Shown here one piece after another: positions 28,837 through 37,400 of a stretch of DNA of 64,000 bases. This DNA comes from Elusimicrobiota bacterium (lineage in GTDB: Bacteria > Elusimicrobiota > Elusimicrobia > F11). The translations under genes were made by a program, and so were the position numbers. The stretch lies in NCBI GenBank assembly GCA_044221725.1, contig JBGAON010000002.1:544001-608000 (forward strand). Direction: 5' to 3'. The notes under the pieces were generated by a model, which did no database searches, was not told the origin of the DNA, and worked only from the letters and a program-made list of their open reading frames with translations. Position 1 is the first letter of the stretch. Each line of letters begins with the position of its first letter.

Positions 28837-28979
28837 CCTCCTAAAAATCACGCTGCATTTTCAGCGCGTTTTTCCGCCCCATTGGCCACTCCGGTGCATA
28901 TCTGTGTGCAAGGAAGAACTTTGCACTCTGTTCTGACCCAACTCCGTCGAAAGGCGGATTGAAGCACCAGGAGATTAAA

Positions 28980-29381
28980 ATGAAACGCTTAATTAGCCTA
29001 ACATCGACTCTTATTATATCTATACAATTATTCACATTTGCCGGTATCGCGGGTGCGGATGGATACAATCCGACTCCACGATCGTCACCAGGCCAAACGA
29101 ATGCCTGTGCAACAGAGGCTTATAACTTGAACACAGCGATAAAGGACTACGCAGGATTCTGGAGTCAATATATACAGATACAGAGGGAAATCATTGAATT
29201 AGAATCCCAGTTAAGAAATACAACTGATGAGATGATGAGAGTGTATCTTCAAGCACAAATCGACCAAGCCAACATTAATCTTGCGAACATTGGAAGATTA
29301 GTAGACATGCTGGTTAATCAAATCTGGGGCATGGGCGGGTTAAAAGAAAAATACGATGCATGCATGGCTGGTAAACGGTAG
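28980..29381 (+). CDS. Secreted coiled-coil protein with two flanking cysteines (hypothetical, AT-rich)
   Basis: AGGAG RBS, signal peptide MKRLISL..AGA, resembles the 3802-4395 protein. Confidence 0.75.
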   Translation: MKRLISLTSTLIISIQLFTFAGIAGADGYNPTPRSSPGQTNACATEAYNLNTAIKDYAGFWSQYIQIQREIIELESQLRNTTDEMMRVYLQAQIDQANINLANIGRLVDMLVNQIWGMGGLKEKYDACMAGKR

Positions 29382-29403
29382 TTTGAAATTATTGATCTCT
29401 GAG

Positions 29404-29442
29404 AAACGGCCCTGCCAAATTTGGCGGGGCCGTTTTTTGTCT
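29404..29442 (+). terminator. Rho-independent terminator (copy 1)
   Basis: AAACGGCCCTGCC-AAATTT-GGCGGGGCCGTTTTTT. Confidence 0.85.
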
Positions 29443-29449
29443 TGGAAAT

Positions 29450-30537
29450 GGGGTCAAGTCGCGACATCCGACATTTGTCCATTCAAAAGAGATTCCTCCA
29501 ACAACTTAATGATTGGCACATCGCAAAAATCATGGCGCGCTAAATATTTCTCGACGGCCTTATAGGAAACGCCGCCCAGCGCCATTCCAATCTGTTTGTA
29601 GCTAAGAAAGCAATTTTTGCGTAGGAAGTAGACGAGTGCCCATCTCTGTTCCGGGGAATTGGCGTCTTTGAAAGCGGCGTTGATCGTGTCTATAACGAAT
29701 GAAGGATTTAAAGCCTTCGTTTTTAGCAATTGGTTCTTTTGCGGGAGATCACGATTTATGTTTTGGCTCTTCAAATACGTTTCTCGAACCGACGCGATGA
29801 ACGATTTGATACCGAGAATGGCCGGCCATCTTTTCCGTGAGAGAATTTCAGCCAGCTCTTTGGGAACCCCTTGGAGAACGAACTGATGCAGGGCTTCTGT
29901 TTCGTTCGTCCGTTCACTCTGGAAATAGGAAAGAACGAGCGACCGCTCAAGCCAAGGAACAGCCTGTCTTGGATGAAGATAGTCCCAATGGCTGGAGTTG
30001 CCGTCAAGATCTGGGGAGGGATACAAACGCGCCTTCACACCATTGAGATGAATATAACGGACCAGCTCAAGAAAATACGATTCCTTTTGAACCAAAATTG
30101 ACTTGAACCGACCGCGAAAGATCGCGCCGTCGCGACCATGGCGCTTATTAAACCACTGTGTATAAACGCCATCGATGTGACGCATAGCCCGGCTTAAGTT
30201 TGGAACCGGTGTTTCGATCAACAAATGGTAGTGATTGTCCATCAAAGAGAACGCGTGGACGCGGATTTTCCATTGATCCACCGCCTCTCCGATCGCTTTC
30301 TTAAATTGAAATCGATCAGCATCCGCATCAAAAAAAATAGTGTTCCGGTTCGCTCCCCGATTCATGACGTGATAAAAAGCCCCCGGATATTCGATCCGTA
30401 AAGGTCGTGACATATACCACCAGCGAGGGAAAGATTCGGAGGGGAAGAATTTCTAGGAAGGGAAGAAACCGTCGACAATCAACGGTATCAAAATCGTGAG
30501 ACGAATTCACAAATGTCGGATGTCGCGACTTGACCCC
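29450..30537. mobile_element. RAYT/Y1-transposase unit bounded by perfect 29-bp inverted repeats
   Basis: GGGGTCAAGTCGCGACATCCGACATTTGT (29450-29478) and its exact reverse complement (30509-30537). Confidence 0.8.
29454..30413 (-). CDS. REP-associated tyrosine (Y1 HUH) transposase with C-terminal HTH-like extension
   Basis: RPLRIEYPGAFYHVMNRG, LMDNHYHLL (HUH), FRGRFKS, RYIHLN; SYKQIGMALGG HTH-like segment. Confidence 0.92.
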   Translation of the reverse strand: MSRPLRIEYPGAFYHVMNRGANRNTIFFDADADRFQFKKAIGEAVDQWKIRVHAFSLMDNHYHLLIETPVPNLSRAMRHIDGVYTQWFNKRHGRDGAIFRGRFKSILVQKESYFLELVRYIHLNGVKARLYPSPDLDGNSSHWDYLHPRQAVPWLERSLVLSYFQSERTNETEALHQFVLQGVPKELAEILSRKRWPAILGIKSFIASVRETYLKSQNINRDLPQKNQLLKTKALNPSFVIDTINAAFKDANSPEQRWALVYFLRKNCFLSYKQIGMALGGVSYKAVEKYLARHDFCDVPIIKLLEESLLNGQMSDVAT

Positions 30538-30569
30538 TTTTGTTTTTGCTTTCAAGAAGCTTTAAAAGC

Positions 30570-30610
30570 AAACGGCCCCGCCGTAATCCTGGCGGGGCCG
30601 TTTTTTGTCT
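30570..30610 (+). terminator. Rho-independent terminator (copy 2, possibly bidirectional)
   Basis: AAACGGCCCCGCC-GTAATCCT-GGCGGGGCCGTTTTTTGTCT. Confidence 0.8.
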
Positions 30611-30631
30611 AAGTCGCGAATGGGTTGGGTT

Positions 30632-31156
30632 TTAGTACTGTTTCGGTTTTCCAGCGGGTCCGTTGTGGCGGACGTTGTATTCAACCGGGAAGTTCATGAA
30701 GTTTTCACGCCAGTTGCTGATCTCGTCGGGTAATTTTTTTGCGTAGTCGTCGTTGTTTGTGAAGTACGACACTTTTTTATCTTCCTGAATTGCCGCGAAC
30801 GTTCCGTTTGATCCGAGCGAAAAAATTCCGCTCGACCGTTTCGCGCCGCCTGTTTTTCCGTTCACGATGAGCGTTCCGTAATCGTCCAAGCGGGTCCTTT
30901 CGATTTCGGACATTGCTTTGGTCAGGCGTCCATAATCTTTTCCGAGCACTTGCTTGAGGGGATTTGCGACCATCGGATCCGCAAAAAGTTCTTTCGCCGT
31001 CGGATTCGCATCTTTGTATTTTGCAAGCGGGTTCACAGCGGAGCCTCTTTGTTGTTTCACCGGTTCTTGTTTGGATTTATCTGTCATGTTCGAATGAACG
31101 GGGACAACCCCAACGCCAATCAGCAGCGTTATCACAGCGAGTTTTGTCGAGCGCAC
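30632..31156 (-). CDS. Exported hypothetical protein
   Basis: GAGGAGG RBS on the minus strand, signal peptide. Confidence 0.75.
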   Translation of the reverse strand: MRSTKLAVITLLIGVGVVPVHSNMTDKSKQEPVKQQRGSAVNPLAKYKDANPTAKELFADPMVANPLKQVLGKDYGRLTKAMSEIERTRLDDYGTLIVNGKTGGAKRSSGIFSLGSNGTFAAIQEDKKVSYFTNNDDYAKKLPDEISNWRENFMNFPVEYNVRHNGPAGKPKQY

Positions 31157-31383
31157 GTTCCCTCCTCTGAGTGAAATTTTTACGACTAACTCAAGAATAA
31201 CCGAACTTCCAATGAATACAAGTCATTCGACCAATTTTCTTCAGGATGCGAAAGCCGGTTATAGAAAGATTCGACTCCATCGATATCTCTGAATTGTTCG
31301 AATTTCCTCCTCATCCTTGCCTTTAATAGGCAAAGACATTTCAGGCAAGTGTTGCACTTACTATGCGAACTGGCGCATCGTAA

Positions 31384-31437
31384 TTTACCACTCGTTTACA
31401 AGCTTTTAAGAGATTTTTAAGACCGTTTCTTTACAAT
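31384..31437 (+). promoter_or_regulatory. Phased TTTA(C/A) direct repeats and -10 box upstream of the giant gene
   Basis: Half-sites at 31384, 31395, 31405, 31416; TACAAT at 31432, 7 nt before ATG. Confidence 0.4.
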
Positions 31438-31444
31438 TCGCGAT

Positions 31445-34400
31445 ATGAATCATCGGCGATTTGTCCGCGCGGCGGCCGCGGCACTTTCACTAATTTATCT
31501 CGCCACGAATTGTGCGTTCGCGTACAAATCCGAAGTGACCTTATGGGATGAACGGCGCCAATTTGCACAATTGCCAGCGCCTACAGGACCAACCGATTTT
31601 TCTCCACCGTTCCCGTCGCTTCCGAAAATCCACGCCTCTGTCCCACGTCGTTTTGAAAACAGCGTTTCAGGTCCCATCGCGGTCGGTCTTGTGCCACTTT
31701 TTCAGAGCTTATCCGCATCGTACGGTTCAATTCGCGACGTAAAGGTGCCCGCGCATTCGCGGACACCACGAACAATCATCCACATTCAAGATGTTCATGG
31801 AAATACCGAAGCGCAGCAAAACATCGGTCAAGCAATCCAACAGCTCATCAACGACAATCGCATCAACACCGTGGCGCTCGAAGGAGCGTTTGGTGTGATT
31901 GATCTCACCACAATCAGGAAATATTCCAACAAATCCTCTCGCGTGGTGGCCGATTACTTGTTGCGCGAAAAACGAATCTCGGGTCCGATTTATACGGCAT
32001 TTACCAGCGAACAACCGATTCCCACGTTTGTCGGCGTGGACGATGCTGAACACTACGTATTGAACGTCAACGCCTACCGGGAGTCCTCGCGTCAACGACC
32101 AAAGATAAAAAAGCAGCTCGAGCCCCTTAAAAACAATGTGCGGAACCGAACGGCCGAAGTTTTTAACGCTGCGCTACTCAAATTCGATAGCAGCGTTCAA
32201 GCTTTTCGAGAAGAGCGCCTGCCGTTGGGCGCGTACGCTCAACTTCTCGCTCAACAGACTCCGAAGCCGTCGCCAACATTGAAGCTGTTTGTTCAAGCGC
32301 TCGAGTTGGAGAACACGATCAATTTTTCTGCCGTTGAAGCCGAACGAAGTCACCTTCTTTCCGAATTGCTGCCGAAGCTGTCGCAAACCGCTCGTGAGAA
32401 ATTGGTGGCCGCCAGCGTCGCCTATCGCACCGAAAATCTTTCGCATGCTGATTTTTATGGGCACTTAAAAAATCTGTGCCAAGCGAACGGCATCCGCCTC
32501 ACGCGTTATCCAGCGATGAATTCTTATTTGCGGTACGTTATCGCGACCGATCGCATCAATACCGAAGATTTGTTCCGTGAGCTCAAGCAAACCGAAAAAA
32601 TGATTTATTCGTCGCTCGCAAAAACAACGGAGGAAAAAGACCTCGTCGCGTGGTCGGCCCGCGTCTCCCTCACCGAAAAGTTGTTGGATTTTTCGCTAAC
32701 AAGAGAAGAATGGAACGATTACAAAAGCGAGGTTCACTCCTTGTACCCGGTGGCGCGGGAAGACCTTCTCCGCTTTGAGCAGTTTTACTCAGAAGCCGAA
32801 AAACGAGACGAGCGTATGACGGCAAATCTGTGCCGCGCAATGAATGAAGTTCAAGGAAAGGATCGCAACGAAAACGCCGCGGCGATTCTTGTGACGGGGG
32901 GATTTCATTCCTCTGGCATCGACCAACGTCTGGTGGCGGCGGGTTACACGGTAATCTCTTTTGTTCCAACGGTGACAAAATCAGATTCAAAAAACGGCTC
33001 GGCGTATTTGAGCGTGTTCACCCAACAGAAGACACCGCTCGATCAACTGTTCGCGGGGGAAAAACTCTTCTTGGCCGAAGCACCGATGACCACCAACGGG
33101 TTGCTGCTCGAGAAACTTTTTGAATTGCAGCAACAATCGAATTTCCGAGAGGGGCGGTTCGTTGTTCCCTACGATTCGAAAAGAGAACTGATCGGACAAT
33201 TTGGGCCAGCGGGAAAATCAATCACGTCGGTGACCCTGTCGCATGCACCGTGGCTGGCACGGTTATCGCCCCAAAATTTGAATCGATGGATAACGAAACG
33301 GTTGCGCTTCGTTTCGTGGCGAGCAAATATCCAGTGGAAGAAGCGCGTCTTTCGCCGCCGCGTTAATGAGATCGTCAAAAAATTTCCGCAATTCGACTTA
33401 GCGTTCGTGCCACATCTATTGCCGCCGTTGCTTGATCAAATACTGAAGAGATTCCCGCGGAAGGGGCCAACCTTTTTGGATGACCTATCCGGTGGAACGC
33501 ATGGGTTTGGACATTTTCTCGATGTCGTGGAAATTTCTTTGCGAATGCTCGCTCGCTCACCAAACGGAGAAAAGGCCGAATTAAAACCGGTCGTCTTGGG
33601 CGCGTTTTTGCACGATGTCGGGCATTTGCTCGATGAAGCGCGGCAAGAGGAAGTAGGAGTCGGATTGGCTGACAAATTGATGCGTAACTTTTCGGTCACC
33701 GACATCAGCCTCGAGGACCGCGAACACGTCAAAGGAATAATTCGGTCTCATCGGAAAACGTCGGGCCCGCCGCCCGTTACATCAGCGGAGAAGCTTGTCG
33801 CCGACGCGGATCGTCTGAGCGCCAACCCGGACCGCATGATGCGCGTCAATCGGGATTTTGACCGGCGTTTCTTGACCAAGACAGATTTCCACAAACTGGT
33901 TCGTCTTCTGCTTCAGAACAAGAACAACTGGTACCGCGATAGCAATACGGTCATGCATTTGTTGAAAAGTCTCGTCATCAATACAAACCCGGCAAAATAT
34001 CAAACCACCGTTGGGAAAATGATGGCGCGCGACTTGTTCTATGTCTATTTGGGACAAATTCGGAAAATCTTTGAAAGCAGTTTTCCTGATCCAAAAACAT
34101 TGGAGACATCGTGGTTTTCGGTAATTCGATTTCTTCGCGTTTGGGGCAAGGAGGGCGGGTGGTTACCGGCCGAGATCAAGAACACTCTTCTCAATCAGCC
34201 GAACAGACGCTCCGCCTCTGCGCTAACCAAAGTTGCATCGCGAGCGAACGAAGCATCGTCGAACAAATCAACACTTCAATCGTGGTCGGGCACCGCGGGT
34301 GGTTGGGGCCTATACGGTTGGCTCATGCCGTCCATCGAAGAATCCCTGCGCTGGTACGCCATTGCGAGCGGCGAAATTTGGGGAGGGGCAATCTACGTGG

Positions 34401-37400
34401 GCATCCACGCGTTTCTGCATTTCTATGTCGACGTGTACGCGGCGCGCGGAGAACCGCTTAACTTCCGCTCGGCCGTCGGTTATCTCTCATCCCGAAATTT
34501 TTGGGTTCGCGTCCTTTTCTCTGCTGCGTTTTCTATTCCGTACCTGCTTCTGTTTTCCGCCGATCACGCTTTTGTTTTTGCGGTCTGTGCCCACGTCGTG
34601 AACAACGCGTTTGTTCATCCTTTTATCCGATCCGTTGGCATCTCCTGGCCGTTGATGTCGGTCATCGACCCCGCTGAATTCGACGGCTACGAACCGCCAA
34701 CCATTATTCTTGAAATTTACGCGGACATGCTCACGAAATACTATGAAGCCGAACACATTGGCCCGGCCACCAGCAATCGCGCAACAACGATCCTGAGGCG
34801 AGTGCGATTCGCAAGCGAGCTGGCGCAGACCGCCAAATTTGAATACGCGGCCGTTGAAGAATTGCATCGTCTGTTTTACTTGGCACGCTACGCGGAAGAT
34901 GCGAGCGGGAAAACCATTGATGCCCCGGAGCGACGAAAAATCAAAGCCGCTATTTTAAAGGCGCTGGCCTCGTTACCCGATCACCTTCACGACGCCATTC
35001 GATTAATCGATAGGACCGCGACGTCTTTTTCGGAGGAAGCAACGTTCACCGCCGCCGCGCTCGTCGGCGCCAAGATGTCAAACATTCCGGAGTCCGAACG
35101 AATTCTCACGGAGCTGTTTGATCGTGCAAAACGAAAAAAACTGCACGTTGATGTTCCGCTCGATCTGTTGCAGGAGATGATTAAGATCTCTCAATTGGGG
35201 GACATTATCGAACAGAGGTCGCTTCAGCTCTCGCCCAGCGCGCGGCCCGATGCAATGGCGAGCTTAACAAGAGAACGCGTGCACCAACAGCGTTGGGAGT
35301 CGGCGGTTGAATCGATGAACCAAGCCATGGGCTCCACATCCGATATGTTTTTCACGAGCATCCTTGAATTGGCGAAGCATCTTGAATACCTGCCGCTGGT
35401 GCTCAAATTCGTCGAACGCGTGCCCGACACCGACGATCATCTGCGCGAACAAAAGATCAAATCGCTGGTGTTGCTTGGGCACCTTTACAAAAAACGGGAT
35501 GACGAACGGACCGCGCAGCGACTTTGGAGAAACGCGTTCATCTTGTCGCAACGGAATGCTCAGACAAGCACGAATGCCTTTCGTCCAGAAGTTTTATGGA
35601 TCAGTCTCTTTTTTCCGATCATGCGCCATCACGCGATTCGATTTGGTGGATTGGAACGTTCAACGGTTTTAAAGACCGGAAGCAATATTCTGCTTACCAT
35701 CGATCCGGCGTTTCCAGGCTGGGCAGAGTTGGCCGGTGCAATTTTTCATGAGCGTGTTCGAGCTGGTGAGTTCAAATCCGCCATCGCTTTTCTTAACGCG
35801 CTGGAAAAACAACTCATCGACAGGCTGCCGATCGTTGTGGACCGGGGCCTTAGCAAACGCGACGAGAGCAGACTTATTGAGATACAGGGTGCCATCGACG
35901 AGCGCAGCGATACGCTGTACAGAAAAACGTTGTTTGGTGCCGGTCGCACCGCCGTTGCAAGTCACCACGACGACTGGGCTCGCATTCTCTTGGAGCTGGC
36001 GCGGGAACACATCCCGGACGACGCCGGCGTCGAAGCCGAAGAAATTGCGCTTGCCTATGCGCGCCGAGGAAATTTCAGGGAAGCAAAGGAATACGCGCTT
36101 CTGTCGGCGACACTGTTTCGCGATAGCGTTGAGTACCGTGATTTCGAAGACTTGGGCCATCGACGTCCGGTGTCCTCTCGAGCGCTTTTGGCCATCTCGA
36201 ATATGGAACTGCGCCGTGTGCAAGTCGAGGATCCCGAGGCTATTGTTCGAATCAAAGACAATATTTTTACGGCAGCCAGCATTGGACTTGATGCTCAGGA
36301 TCTCCGGAATCTTTTAAAAATGATCGACGAGAATCCGATTTTTTCCGAAGACGAACTGGTTCTGCTGGCCCAAACGATCAACGAAAACATTCAAGGACAA
36401 CAGCTGCGTCATTACGTGAGTGACGAATCTTCCTTGACTGAATTTTTGGAGTTTCTGCGCAGCGCCTTTCCATTCATCGGCCTGCACCAATTCGTTGAGG
36501 AAAAACTAACGCCGGTGGCCACAATATTTTTTGGCGATGCGGCGAGCAATTCAACGACAATTGCCGCGCGCATAAAAAAGTGGTTCTTGGGGACCGCCGT
36601 GCTTCTCGCGCGTTGGTTCACGCGCGGCGGGCGGCCAAACTCCATTTCCTTCTACCGCGATCTGCTGAACGGCATGGTTCCCGCACAGGCCGCGCCTCGC
36701 GCGATGAAATCCATGCGAATAGAAGCCGCTGTGCTCGCCGGAATTCCAGGCATCGCGTTTGCGGCGCTTCCACCAGTGTACGCGCAAACCACCGCGCTTC
36801 TGTTTACGATTCTGCTCGTGATCTTTGCGAACCTGCATGCCAAAGCGCTGCGAAAACTTCTGGCGCGCCGGAATCAAACGCGCGGCCCCACCGCAAGTGT
36901 CGCCATCCCGAACGAATTCATCTTGTTTGTCCATTTTGCATTTGGTTTTTCGCCGTATTTTCTGGCTTATTTCACGTATGTCGTCACCGCTTCGCCGCTG
37001 TCCACTTTGCTGTTTTTGGCGGCCGTCGTTTGGCATTACGCGTTTGATATTCGCGAAATCTACGGTTCACCATCTGAAATGAAAGCTCTTTTTGCGAAAG
37101 ACGTGCGCTACATGTCCGTGCTCGGCCGTCCGACCGCCGGGAAAGGAACGTTAATCGCGAAATTCCGAAACGAAATAAACACAAATCTGCCCCCGGGTAT
37201 CTATTACGAAGCTATCGGATGGGGAGAGGTGCGGCGCGCACTGAAGGAAAGAATTCTTGCCGAACGTGAGGGACGGGAAGCCGATTCCGCCATTGTTGGA
37301 AGATGGGGCAACGTTGCGATTCCGCAAACGATCAAACAATTTATCGCCGCGGATTTGCCTTTTCCACAGGAAGAGCTTGTCCGAATGCTCAACAGCATCT

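Noticed and set aside
28880..28979. Riboswitch upstream of the secreted coiled-coil gene (GAAA-loop hairpin TCCGTC-GAAA-GGCGGA)
   Set aside because: Hairpins are present but I cannot match a known aptamer consensus; needs an Infernal/Rfam search.
29450..30537. Tn3-family transposon (GGGG termini) or IS605 with TnpB
   Set aside because: The only gene is a Y1 HUH enzyme; no DDE transposase, resolvase, TnpB or 5-bp duplication.
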